64,000 bases of DNA, taken from Heterodontus francisci. Its lineage: Eukaryota. Positions 35,880-49,500 of this stretch are shown here, one piece after another (position 1 is the stretch's first letter; the number at the start of each line of letters is the position of its first letter). A model generated the notes under the pieces. The model did not search any database. It saw only the letters and a program-made list of their open reading frames with translations, and was not told where the DNA came from. The DNA is taken from contig NC_090371.1 in NCBI RefSeq assembly GCF_036365525.1, forward strand, positions 195,197,255-195,261,254, in the 5' to 3' direction. The position numbers and the translations under genes are program-made.

Positions 35880-38235
35880 AAAACAACAATTTGTACTTCT
35901 ATGGTGCCTTTAACACAACAAAAGGCGCTTCACAGAAGTGTATCAAACAATATTTGACACCGAGCCACATGAGGTGATATATTAGTCCCGATGACCAAAA
36001 GGCTTGGTCAAAGAGTTAAGTTTAAAGGGGGAAAGAGAGGTCGAGAGGTTTAGGGAGGAAATTCCAGAGCTTAGTGCCTTGACAGCAGAAGCGATTAAAG
36101 TCTGGGATACTCAAAAGGCAAGAATTTTAGGAGCATAAATAAAAGGTTGTAGGGTTGCAGGAGATTACAGAGATGAGGAGGGGCAAGGCCATGGAGGGAG
36201 TTGAAAACAAGGATGAGAACTTTAAAAATGAGGCATTGCTCTACAGGGAGCCAACGTAGATTAGAGAACACAGGGGTAATGGGTGAGTGGGATTTGGTCC
36301 GAGTTAGGGCACAAGCAGCAGTGTTTTGGATGACCTTAAGTTTACGGAGAGTAGAACACGGGAAGCCAGCTAGCAGTGTGTTGGATTAGTCAAGTTTAGA
36401 GATATAAAGGCATGGATGAGGGTCACAGCAGCAGATGAACTGAGGCAAGGGCAAAGTCAGGCAATGTTACGGAGGTGGGATTAGGCGGTCTTAGTGATGG
36501 CATGGACATGTGGTTGGCAGCTCATTTCGGGTTCAAATATGACACAAAAGTTGCAAACTTTTTGCTTCGCCCAGGGAGAGAGATAGATTTGATGGCCAGG
36601 GAACAGAGTTTGTGGTAGGAACCAATGACAACAACTTCAGTCTTCCCAATATTTAGTTGGAGGATATTTCTGCTCATCCAGTAATGGGTGCCAGACAAAC
36701 AATCTGTCAATTAGAGACAGTGGAGAGGTTGAGAGAGGTGGTGGTGAGTTAGAGCTGGGTGTCATCAGCATACATGTAGAAACGGATGTTGTGTTTTCCA
36801 ATGATGTCACTGTTGGCAGCATGTTGATGAGAAGTAGGAGGGGGCCAAGGTCAGATCCCTGGGAGACACCAGAGGCAATGAAGCAAGTGGAAAGAGAAAT
36901 CATTGCAGGTTACTCTCAAGCTACAACTTGATAGATGAGAATGGGACCAGGCGAATAGAGTCCTACCCAGCTGGAGGACAGTGGAGAGGCATTGGAGGAG
37001 GATGGTGTGGTCAACCATGTCATAGGTTAAAGACAGGTCAAGAGGATGAGGAAGGATAGTTTACTTTTGTCACGGTCACATAGGATGTAATTTGTGACGT
37101 TTCAGTACTGTGGCGGGGTGGAAACCTAATTGGAGGGATTCAAACATGGAGTTCTGGGAAAGATTTGGGAGGCAACAACATGTTCAAGGACTTTAGAGAG
37201 GAAGGGGAGGTTAGAGATAGGGTAGTAGTTTGCAAGGATGAAGGGGTCAAGGACTTTTTTTGAGGAATCGGTGATGATGGCAGATTTGAAGGAGTGGGGA
37301 CGTACCTGAGGAGAGTGAACCACTGACATTACCAACTAACATGGCAGCAGGAAGGGAATTTGAGTGGTCAGCAGCTTTGTGGAAATTGGGTCAAGGAAGT
37401 AGAAGGTGGATCTCAAGGACCAGATGAGCTCGGAGAGGGCATAAGGGGAGATAGGAGTGAAATAAAAGAAAGATGCAAGTGCAGGGCTGGGGCAGGGGAT
37501 ATCTTTAGAGGGAGTTTGGCCTATTGGGTTAGGTGAAGGAAGGGCAGCAGCGAGGTAGCTGATTGGATGGCACCAATCTTAGTCACAAAGAAGTCCATGA
37601 GCTCCTTGCACTTGGTGCTGGAGGTGAGAGTGGAGGAGACAGGGGCAAGGGGTTTAGGAAGATGGTTTGCATTAAAGAAAAGAAGTCATGGTTATCTTTG
37701 CATTCCAGGATGATTCTAGAATGGTGAGCAATTTTGACAGAAGAGAACAGGACCCAGACTGGCAGTGCATGGCAGTACATGTTATCTGCTATATCCATTC
37801 AAATCTGTATTCCTTGGACTTAAGAAAGTGGAGATGAGGACACCATTTTGTTGAGGATTAGGGCATCAAAATTGGAGGTGGGGGTTCTGGCTGAGCAGAT
37901 CGATAGCTGCAGAAATGTCATGGTAAATGGATGGCCAAAGGCTAGACACTTGGAATATTGAAAATGCAGCTGTAAGTGAATCAGGAGAGACTTTTTTTTC
38001 CCAGGGTGGACACAGAAGGAAGTAAGGTTTGAAGGGGAAAGGGGCATATAGTTGAAAAGTGATACATGGAAGTGATCAGAGATCGCTTTATCTGTAATGG
38101 ACATGATGAGATTAGCAAGGCCACGTGAGATTACAAGGTCACGGAGGTGGTCATGAATATGGGTTGGGCTCTTTATATGGAGGGAGAGATTAAGGGAGGA
38201 TTGGAGGGCAGTGAACTCAGAGGAGAGAGCATGAT
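35880..38235 (-). mobile_element. L2-clade LINE, decayed (endonuclease end, RT and 3' tail)
   Basis: NYYPISNLPFLSKVLE, SGVSQGSDLGPLL, WMSRNILQLNIGKTE, ISDHF; tail GTTAAAGGCACCATAGAAGTACAAATTGTTG. Confidence 0.88.
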
Positions 38236-40126
38236 ACAGTTGTTGTTAAATTATGTTTTTAATTACTTTTTTGTTTTATGAATCTTATGCTGTGTTACAT
38301 TATGATACAATTGGTAAATAGCCTGCTTACACAGCGCTTGGAGCACTGATATTTGATACAATGAGTTATTCGTCACAATTGCATATACCAATACAGAGTA
38401 GAGCTGCACAGTTGATTATCACAGTGTTTTGTAAACGAGGGATTGGGGAGAAGGAGGGGTTGGAGTAGTTGGACAGGAGAACTTAGGGGCGACACTACTG
38501 TTCTGAGGAGTGCAATGGGGTTGGTTTGCTATTCTTGTCATGCCCCCTGTGGGTTGTAGTGGTTGGGAGGTGTAGTTCCCCCTTCCCTTTTGGGTCAGCT
38601 AACCTTATTAAATTAGGTTTAAGAAATTTGATACAGCATGGAACCCAAAATGCTATCCAGCTAGAAACCCTAATAGTAATAAAATCTGTAGCCAAAATAC
38701 CATTGCAAAGGGCACAAAAAACTAAAATGATATAACAAAATTAATCTGGGTTCACATATGACAGTTCCATTGAAATACTATCTCAGTATATCCTAGCCAA
38801 GCTTGACACCAAATGAGTGTGATCGCTGACTACGATTCAGATTGTTTAATTTCTGAATTGCTTTGGTTTCACTTATTGAGCCCAGTCACTCTATGCTGCC
38901 CCAAGGAATACAGGCAGCGAGCTAAACTAACAGAGCTATCCAAAGAGCACCATTGGATGACTTGCACTGAGCACAACCTTCAAAGGCACTGTTCCATCAA
39001 GTTTGTGATTCATCATTGCGTCACTCAGGCAAGTAGTGATTTGCCACATTTTTTGTGCTTTATCGTATGACCATCAGCACAGCTTTTATTTTTGCTAATA
39101 AATCTCGCATCAAGAATAATTAGATTTTTTTAATAATTAATTTGTCAACCTAAATAATACCAATTCACAGGACTGTGCACGGAGGAAGAGGCATCAAAAT
39201 TCAGATCACATTTCATTTCTAAGCTCACAGAAATGCCTAAATGAATACATTCGCACATCCCTTTGATGCATAAATAAATGCAACCTTATTAAATGCACAT
39301 TAAGTAATAAACAAAGCATTTTTGTTATCATCTCATTAACTAACAGTGCACACTGCTGTCTTGTGTCTCCTCAGGAATACTTCATGCAGACATTTCACAT
39401 CCTGAGTAGTGAAATCTGCAGCACAGACCTGTTCCAATGAATTCTGAATGATTTGAAGCGACCTGACAGGCAAGGGCTGCAAACCCCAAAGTCATGTAAA
39501 ATGCACGAGAAACACTCTGCTTAAAACTGTGTAGAAAGAGGAGGAAAAAATACAACCTCTATAATAGAAAGTGTTTCCTCAAACTGCAAGATTTCTCAAA
39601 ATAGCACTTAATGGAAAATTGATGTTCTCTACTTGAAACAAACCTTTGCAGAATTATTATTCTTATTAATAGATTGGTAGAAAGATATTAGCGCCAAATG
39701 TTTTGGAATTAAAAATTAATTGTATGCTATGTACGCACAAATGACATAAAAACCATTTACTCATCCAATGAGTGCTGTGGAGGAAAAGAAATATGAAGCA
39801 ATTCCAGAAAACTCTTAACATTTATCAAAAATTTATGTGCAAGATTGAATATCAAAACTGCTCCTTCACAATCCTTATGACTTTCCTATTAATAATAAAA
39901 ATAGACAAAAAAGCTCTCCCCTAAAATACATTTTTTTCTAACTTTGCTGAACAAATAATAATGTACTTTGAACGCACCATGTAGAATTTTTTTCAAATAT
40001 TTAAAAATCAATTCTCAGGGTTTTGTAATTTCCAAATTAACATAGCAACTGCACCAAAAATTGGCAAATACACTCAGCACACTTTAGATAAATATTGAAT
40101 TAAATTCTAATTATTCATGAGGCATC

Positions 40127-40290
40127 GGAGTAGATCATGACCTCATGCAAAGTGCAAAACGGGTGATAGCGAGTCAGCAGTCTGTTTTACATCTGTCCCT
40201 GTTTTTATTTGCAAAATCAGAGAAATGTAAAACAGGGTGCCAACTCACTATCACCCATTTTAACCTATCACACAATGTCAAGATCTAACC
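40127..40290. repeat. Palindromic MITE-like element (long imperfect inverted repeat)
   Basis: Left arm TAGATCATGAC...AAAACGGGTGATAGCGAGTCAGCAGTCTGTTTTACAT; right arm ATGTAAAACAGGGTGCCAACTCACTATCACCCATTTT...GTCAAGATCTA. Confidence 0.7.
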
Positions 40291-41313
40291 TGTTAATTCT
40301 TTTGTACCAGAATATTTATGTTCTATACTTAAGTAGAACAGCTTTCTTATTTTAGATCGATAGGTTAAGAGTTAGCTCAATGGTGCAGAATGGAGCATAT
40401 TATCTGGTGGCAAATGCCCTTAGGGAAGGATGTGGGACACCTTATATTGTCAAGTAATGGAATCACAAACTCACTACAGCAAAAGTAAATATGCATTCTC
40501 TCTCCACACAATCAATAAATCACTGAGAACTGAGCCTCGAAATACTTCGTCATTCTCCATCACCTAATTTTACAAAGGCAAATGTTACAAGTGTGCTTTT
40601 CTCTACATTGGCAGTGTTATAACAATGCAGGTAAGATCTTTTACTTCAAACTAAACATGTCATTGCACAAGGCAGGACAGGTTCTAAACAAATATCGACA
40701 TGCTAAAGTAATGTGCTGGCTAAACACCTTACTCTATAACATAGAACAAACTAATCGAGTTCCAGTCTCCTACCGAGCTAATTGTTTTGCAAATGTTGTT
40801 ATATTAAATTTATTCACCAGCATTTGATGCTCAAGACTGTGAATGAATTCAGAAATTACAGTAACAACACAATAGCAAGCTTCCTATATCTCTCAGCTAG
40901 ACTGCCACACGTGCCTGACTCATTGGGCTGAATTTTATTCGGGTGCCGCGCTGCAAAGTGGCGCCCTTTAAACTCAGCAGTGTGCCCGCATTCAGCGGCT
41001 GCCGAGGAGCCCCCGCGATATTTCGCACGGGGGCTCATTTAAATAGTGAGGGCGGAGCGCCCACCCTCGGAGACGTGTGGGGGCAGCCGCCGTGTCGCAG
41101 GCAACGGCATCCGGTGTCACATCGCCGGTGCCATTTTTAAAGGGCTTTAAGCCCTTACAAATAGTTATAATTTTTAAAGGGAAAATATAATTGATTTTTA
41201 TTTAAAATAAAAATAAGTGATGGAGGCCCTTCCCCAACACCGCCCCCCACCCCCCGCAATAGTCATTTAATTGCCTGAAATGACTATCAATTGATTTTTC
41301 AAATACCCCAACT

Positions 41314-44300
41314 TAGAGTCATCGAGTCATAGAGTCATACAGCAAAGAAACAGGCCCTTCGGCCCACCGTGTCCATGCCGACCATAATGCCCATCTATAC
41401 TAATCCCACTTGCCTGCATTAATTCCATATCCCTCTATGCCTTGCTCATTCAAGTACCTGTCCAGATGCCTCTTAAATGTCACTACTGTTCCTGCCTCCA
41501 CCACCTCCTCAGGCAGCTCATTCCAGATACCCACTATCCTTTGTGTGAAAAATCTACCCCTTTGAACCCCTTTAAACCTCCTCCCTTTCACCTTAAATCT
41601 ATGCCCTCTAGTTTTAGTCACCCCTACCATGGGAAACAGACTCTGGCTATCTACCCTATCTATGCCTCTCATAATTTTATATACCTCTATCATGTCCCCT
41701 CTCAGCCTCCTTCGCTCCAGCTAAAACAGCCTAACCAATCTCTCTTTATAACTCAAGCCCTCCAAACCAGGCAACATCCTTGTTAATCTTTTCTGCACCC
41801 TCTCTAGCTTAATCACATCTTTCCTGTAGAGCGGCCACCAGAACTGCACATAGTACTCCAAATGCGGCCTCGCAAACATTATGTAGAACTGTAACATGGC
41901 GTCCCAACTCTTGTACTCAATGCCTCGGCCGATGAAGGCAAGCATGCCATATGCCTTCATCCCCACCCTGTCTACCTGTGTTGCCACTTTCAGGGAACTA
42001 TGTACTTGCACCCCAAGGTCTCTCTGCTCAACAACACTCCCCAGGGCCTTGTCATTCACTGTATATGTCCTGCCCTGGTTTAACTTCCCAAAATGCTTCA
42101 CTTCACACTTGTCTGCGTTAAATTCCATTTGCCAATCCCTTGCCCACTTTCCCAGTTGATCTATATCCTGTTGTAACCTTAGACAACCTTCTTCACTGTC
42201 CACTATACCACCAATTCTGGTGTCATCTGCAAACTTACCAATCATGCCCCCTACATTCACATCCAAGTCATTAATATATATGACAAACAACAGAGGGCCC
42301 AGCACCAATCCCTGCGGCACACCACTGGTTACCGGCCTCCAATATGAAAAACAACCCTCCACTACCACCCTCTGCCTCCTATCACCAAGCCAATTTTGTA
42401 TCCAATTTGCTAGCTCACCCTGGATCCCATGTGTTCGAACCTTCTGGTCCAGCCTACCATGCGGGACCTTGTCACAGGCCTTGCTAAAGTCCATGTAGAC
42501 AACGTCCATCGCCCTGCCCTCGTCAATCCTCTTGGTCACCTCCTCGAAAAACTCAATCAAGTTCGTGAGACATGATTTCCCACGCACAAAGCCATGCTGA
42601 CTATCCCTAATCAGACCAGGCCTTTCCAAATGCATATAAATCCTGTCTCTCAGAATCCCTTCCAATAACTTTCCCACCACTGATGTAAGGCTCACCGGCC
42701 TGTAGTTCCCTGGCTTATCCCTGCTGCTCTTCTTAAATAAAGGCACAACATTAGCTATCCTAAAGTCTTCTGGTACCTCACCCGTGGCTAACGATGATAC
42801 AAAAGTCTCTGCCAGGGCCCCAGCAATCTCCTCCCTTGCTTCCCACAGCATCCTAGGATACACCTGGTCAGGCCCTGGGGATTTATCCACCTTAATGCGC
42901 TTCAAAACCTCCAATGCCTCCTCCTTTGTATTATTGATATGCTCCAGGATATCGCTGTTCCAGCCCTTGAACTCATTAGCTTCCATGACCTTCTCCACAG
43001 TAAATACAGACAAGAACTATACATTTAAGACCTCGCCCATTTCCCATGGCTCCACACATAGATTGCCACACTGATCCTTAAGGGGACCTACTCTCTCCCT
43101 AGCTACCCTTTTACTCTTAATACACTTATAGAATCTTTTAGGATTCTCCTTTATCTTATCTGCCAGGGAAATCTCATGCCCCCTTTTCACCCTCCTAATT
43201 TTCCTTCTTAAGTGTACTCCTACATCCTCTATACTCCTCAAGAGACTCACTTGATCCCAGCTGCCTATACCTGACATATGCCTCCTTCTTTGTCCTGACC
43301 AGACCCCCAATATCCCTCGGTAACCCTAAACCTGCCAGCCTTGCCCTTCCATCTAACAGGAACATGCTGGCCCTGAACTCTTCCTATCTCACTCTTAAAA
43401 GCCTCCCACTTGCCAGACATCCCTTTACCTGTAAACAGCCTCTCCCATTCAACTTTTGAGAGTTCCTGTCTGATGCCATCGAAATTAGCCTTCCCTCAAT
43501 TTAGGACTTCAACCTGAGGATCAGTCCTATCCTTTTCCATAACTATCTTGAAGTTAATAGAATTATGGTCACTGGTCCCAAAGTGCTCCCCCACTGACAC
43601 ATCAACCACCTGCCCAGCCTCATTTCCTATGAGGAGGTCGAATGTAGCCCCTTCTCTAGTAGGGTCATCCACATACTGCTTCAGAAAACTATCCTGGACA
43701 CACTTAACAAATTCTTCCCCATCTGATCCCTTAGCACTAAGGCAGTCCCAGTCAATATTAGGGAAGTTAAAATCACCTACTATTACAACCCTATAATTCC
43801 TACACCTATCTGTGATTTCCCTACATATGTGCTCCTCACTTCCCTCTGACTATTGAGGGGCCTATAGTATAATCCCATCAAAGTGATCACCCCTTTCTTA
43901 TTTCTAAGTTCTACCCATATGGCCTCGCTGGACATTCCCCCCAGGATATCCTCTCTTAGTACTGCCGTGATGTCCTCCCTAATCAATAGTGCAACTCCCC
44001 CTCCTCTCTTACCTTCACCTCTGTCACGCCGGAAGGATCGGTACCCCGGAACATTGAGCTGCCAGTCCTGCCCATCCCTCAACCACGTTTCCGTAATAGC
44101 TATAATATCACAATCCCATGTACCAATCCATGCTCTGAGTTTATCTGCCTTACCTGTAAGGCTTCTTGCATTAAAGTAAATGCAGTTTAGCCTATCAGAC
44201 CTTCCATGCTCCCTGCCCTGCCCCGCCCCTGCTCGGCCTGTCTACTGGACTTGCTTGCTTTAACCTCTACATTTGCCTCAACTATCTCATCGGAGAGACT

Positions 44301-45672
44301 ACTACTTTGGGTCCCACCCCCCTGCAAGACTAGTTTAAACCCTCCAGAGTAGTACTAGCAAACCTTCCCGCAAGGATATTGGTCCCCTTCCAGTTTAGAT
44401 GCAACCCATCCTTCTTGTACAGGCCACTTCTGCACAGAAGAGATCCCAATGATCCAAGTAGCTGAAGTCCTCCCGCCTACACCAGCTCTTCAGCCACGCA
44501 TTCATTTGCCTTACCCTCCTATTCCTACCCTCACTAGCACGTGGCACAGGAAGTAATCCTGAGATTACAACCCTAGAGGTCCTGCTTTTTAACCTTCTGC
44601 CTCTATTCACTTTGCAGGACCTCATCTCTCTTCCTGCCTATGTCGTTAGTACCAATATGGACCACGACCTTTGGCTGCTCCCCCTCCCCTTTCAGAATGT
44701 CCTGCAGCCGCTCCGAGATATCCTTGACCCTAGCACCAGGGAGGTAACATACCACCCTGGAGTCTTGTTTGTGGCCACAGAAACGCCTATCTGCACCTCT
44801 TCTGATAGAATCCCCTCTCACAAGAGCTCTTCCAACCCTTTTCCTCCCCTGCTGTGCAGCAGAGCCCTCCGTGGTGCCACAAACTTGGCTGTTGCTGCTT
44901 TCCCCTGGGAGGTCATTCCCCCCCAACAGTATCCAAAGCAGTATATCTGTTTGAGAGGGGGATGGCCACAGGGGACTCCTGTACTACCTGCCTACACCTA
45001 CTACTCCATCTGGTGGTAACCCATCTCTTTTCTGCCTGTGCAGCCATTACCTGCGATGTGATCACCTCACTAAACGTGCTATCCACAACGTCCTCAGCAT
45101 CGCGGATGCTCCACAGTGAATCCACCCACAGCTCCAGCTCCGTAATGCGGGTAGCCAGTAGCTGAAGATGGATACACTTCCTGCACACATGGTCGTCAGG
45201 GACACTGGAAGCGTCCCTGATATCCCTCATAGCGCAGGAGGAGCATATCACAGGCTGAGCTCTCCTGCCATGAATTACCCTTAGTTTAATTAGTTACTCC
45301 CTTAATTTAAAAATACTAATTACGCTGTGGGCCTTGTTCTACCCACTCCAATCTAAAGTCCTTAAAAAAAACACTTTAGTCATACTCACCTTATCACCAG
45401 AGGTTTTATTTTCAACAGAAAAAAACTTTCCCCTTTTTTTTAAAGATATTCTAACAGCTGCTACTCACCAACCAATCAGCTTGTAGCTCCCCTCTGACGT
45501 CACTGTTGGCTTTTTTTTTCAAAACTCCGGCGCGCTGGAAGAGCTCCTCTCTGCTCCGTTCCCGGAAGGTATGAGACTGGGTCTCGATCCTCGGGGTCAA
45601 TTTATAGGCTCAGCACTCAGCGTTTTCCCCACAGGTCCGCTCCGTTCCTCTCTGCTCTGCTCCCGGAAGGTA
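41314..45672 (-). mobile_element. Near full-length CR1 LINE (5' UTR, ORF1 with zinc finger and SGNH esterase, ORF2 APE-RT, (TATGACTC)n tail)
   Basis: ORF1 pieces CSSC...HVCRKC, RGDS, VVVHIGTND, DHWDLF. ORF2 pieces GGGVALLI, PGNYRPVSLTS, VYMDFSKA, GVPQG, KFADD. Stops, frameshifts and one internal deletion. Confidence 0.95.
41721..43013 (-). pseudogene. CR1 ORF2 reverse transcriptase domain (430-aa open segment of a disrupted ORF)
   Basis: All RT motifs are in one frame, but the flanking ORF2 is broken. Confidence 0.9.
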
Positions 45673-46544
45673 AGAGGAACTTCCCCCCCAACCTTCAATC
45701 TTTTGCCCTCTACCCCTTCCCACCATCCCCACATCCAATAAAAATTGATTTCCCGGCTCCTCCAACCCTCTCACCTTGAAAATCTTATTCCTCCTCCCTT
45801 CCCACCAAGTTCTCACCTTGGAACTCCGAAGGCGCAAGAAGGCCGAACAGAGGTCGTAAAATCGGAGTGGGATGGCAGTTAAGTTATTTTGCATGCATTT
45901 ATTGCAATCTGCATATGGAGATGAAGGGCCTGCCGCCAGGCAGCAAGGGTCCACACCGAGGTCCCCCCGCTGCCGGTAATATGCGGCAGGCCCTTCTCGA
46001 TGTCACAGGTCCTGTGGAGTCGAGGGGGCGGTAAAATTCAGCCCATTGTCACACATTATTCAACCCACTACTCAACATAAAAATTATCCTATGCCAACGG
46101 AGTTGACTTCAACAACCTTATTTTAGCATTATTGACTTTTTACTGTAGCCTGTTAAAGGCACAAGAGACACCTGGAGCTCTTATATTTATTTTCAGTGGG
46201 TGTATATCTTGTGAATTCCAAAAGGGATTCCAGATACCACCACAATGGTTTTTTGGAAAGGAAAGATTACTGTATCACTCAGGATACTGTGATTGATGAT
46301 GAAAAATTTGGACTCCTCCAATCTCTCTCCAGGAGTGAACTCTGCCTCTGCCGCTGACAGAAGCACACACCTTTCTCATTGCTGCTCCACAAACTCCCTT
46401 TTAGTGGATGACCCCCAAGGTTCAGCATCTGCATCCATCTGAGCAGAGCTTGGAGTGTCCTGTGTCCTTCGACAGCGACTCTCTACTACTGTTCCTGTCT
46501 TTAGTACCTGCTCCTGTTCACATGTGATGTGCGCCTCATGATGT

Positions 46545-49500
46545 GGCAATAATAAAACTTGAATTGGAAGAATGGGAGATATGGGGAGCATTTTGGAGAG
46601 AAAGTGAAAGAGAAGAGAGGGAATTTAAGTCAAAAGAGATGGAACTAAGGCAAAAGGGTAGTCTTGAATCCAGGGAAAATTCAGGTCAGGAAGAATCTGA
46701 ATTCAGCTCAGGACCCAGCAAAAAGTTGTTTAAATTTATACAGGCTCTTCCTAAGATCGAGGAAAGGGACGTAGAGGCATTTTCACATCTTTCGAAATAG
46801 CCAAACAGATGAAATGGCTGAAGGAAAGTTGGACACTGCTTCTGCAAAGCAGGTTGGTAGGCAGAGCTCATGAAGTTTATGCCATGCTTCCTGAAGAGGC
46901 TTCTACAGATTATGAGATAACAAAAAAGGCTATTCTTGTTGCGTATGAGTTAGTCCCTGAAGCTTACCGTAAGAAGTTTCAGAAATTACGGAAATTGGCT
47001 CGGCAGACATATATAGAATTTGAGAGGGTGAAGCAAATTAATTTTGACTATTGGATATGGACATTAGAGATATAAACACATATAAGAACCTTTGGGAGTT
47101 GATTCTCTTAGAAGAGTTTGAAAACTCCAGTCCTTCACTAGTGAGAACTCATGTAGATAACCTGAAAGTTTTGAAAGCCAGGCAAGCAGTGGAAATTGCT
47201 GATGATTTTGAGCTTGTGAATAAGCCAAAACCTTTCGTCCATCACCCCCTAACCTTGAGAAGGATAGAAAGTGGAAGAGTGAAAGGAAGGCAAGTAGCCG
47301 GGGACAAGAAGGAGCAGATGGGAATGTCCCGGGATCACCTCCTCAGGTCAGAAATTAACATGCTCAGGGTAGAAGTGAGGTTCGCAAGCTAAAGTGTTGT
47401 CATTGACACAAAACGGGTCATCTTCATTCAGAGTGCTGGAAATTGCCAGGTAAACCCATAGGACTTGTTAGTTCTGCAAAGCTAGTGCAGAGGAAAAGAC
47501 TCTGACTGAGAGTATAGCATACCAGGCTACAGCTTTAACGACAGTTGTAAAACCAGATACTAAAACTAAAAGGTGTGTAGAGGTTAAGAATAAAATATTC
47601 AAAAGTTATAATGAATTTTCATCAAAGGGGAATGTAACTCCATATCCCATAAGTGAGGCAGGAAAACCTATCATTATAGTCAGGGATACAACCCAAGGAG
47701 CAACCCAAACACGCTTGCTGGGGAAAGATGCAATGTTTCCACCAGAGAGTGCCTTGAATGCTAAAGTTTTAGTTAAGGGAATTGGTGAGGAGTTTATGTC
47801 CATACTTTTATATAAAGTACGCCTAGAGAGTGACTTAATATCTGGGATAGTAACTGTAGGAGTTGTCCACAGTTTGCTGGTAGAGGGAATTGATCTACTC
47901 CTAGGAAATAATTTGGCTGGATCAAAAGTATCAGTTTCTCCTATAATTACAGAGGAACCAAGTGAAATTAAGGAAATGGCGCAATTACAGGAACAAGTTC
48001 CAGGAATATTTTCTGCGTGTGTAGTCACCCGAGCAATGGCGAAACAGGATCTATTGTCGGAGGTAAAAGGGACACCACCAACAGATAGCCAAGTACCTGA
48101 AAACTTATTTGGGATTTAGATAATCCAAATGAGATGTTTGACAGATCTTCTATCATTGCAGCACAGCAAGCTGATCCAGAGATATACCGAATGGCACAGA
48201 CGGCTCTGACAGAAGCTGAGGCGAAAGGAGTTCCGGAAGGCTATTATATGGCAAATGGGGTTTGAGGAGGAAATTGCCACTGCCTCATAGACCTGCCAAC
48301 GAAGACTGGACAATTGTTGAACAGATAGTGGTACCGCCTAAATATCACCAGGGATTATTAAGGTTAGCATACAACATTCCTTTTGCAGGACATAGGGAAT
48401 TCGGAAGACCAAATCACGCATAAGCCAACATTATTACTGGCCAGGTCTTACAAAGGATGTGAGACAATTTTGTAGGACATGCCATGCACGTCAAATGGTG
48501 GGGAAAACCACAACCTACCATAAAGCCTGCACCGCTAGTTCCCATACCAGTTATTGAGGAACTATTTAAAAGGGTATTGGTAGACTGTGTAGGACCTTTG
48601 CCAAAAACAAAAGTGGGACATCAATACATACTTGCTATCATGGATATGGCTACTCAATTTCCAGAGGCCATTCCTTTGAGGACAATTACTACTAGAATAG
48701 TAGTAGAAATGTTAACCCAATTCTTTACGAGATATGGGTTACCATTTGAAGTTCAATCAGATCAAGGTTCTAATTTCATGTCTAGGATATTTCAAGAAGT
48801 CATGAGCCATTTGGGGATTAGACAGTTGAAATCTTCAGCATATCACCCACAGTCATAGGGAGCTTTAGAAGGATTTCACCAAACTGTCAAAAAAATGGTT
48901 GGAACATACTGTCACGAATATCCACGTGACTGGGCTAAAGGAATAGACTTTTTTTTATATGCCACATGAGACGCACTGAATGAGTCTACAGGCTTCAGTC
49001 CTTTCGAATTTATGGACATGAAGTAAGAGATCCTCTAAAACTTAAAAAAGACATATTCTTGGAACAAAATAATGAATCTTTGATACTAGACTATGGGCTG
49101 GATTTTACCTTAGGTGGATGGGAATTCGCAACCGACTTTTACATGGTGGCGAACCTGCTTCCACCTAGCCCAGGGATCCGTACCGCATTTTACGGTCCCC
49201 AGGATTTAATTGTCCCAAGGCGGTACTTTCACCCACTTGAGTGAGGAGGTCTCGCCTCAGTGAGCTGCCGGCCAATCAGCTCTGGGTCTCAGCAGCGCCA
49301 CCGGAAGCAGTGCTGGGACTGCAGCCCAACCGACACCATGGAACGTAGAGATGAGGTAAGTTAGGCTTGCCTCACCAGGGGGATTGGTCCTTCCCTGGTG
49401 GAGTGGTTGTTTGGGGGGAGGGGGGCATCTTAGGTCCCGGCGGTGGGTTGGGAGGCGGGGGCGGCCCTCAATCGGGTATCCTGTGTCCGACTGCCATGGC

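Larger units (their letters stand above)
40925..46044. mobile_element. Harbinger-type non-autonomous element (TSD ATT) containing a nested CR1
   Basis: GGGCTGAATTTTA ... TAAAATTCAGCCC form a perfect 13-bp TIR; ATT on both flanks. Confidence 0.85.
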
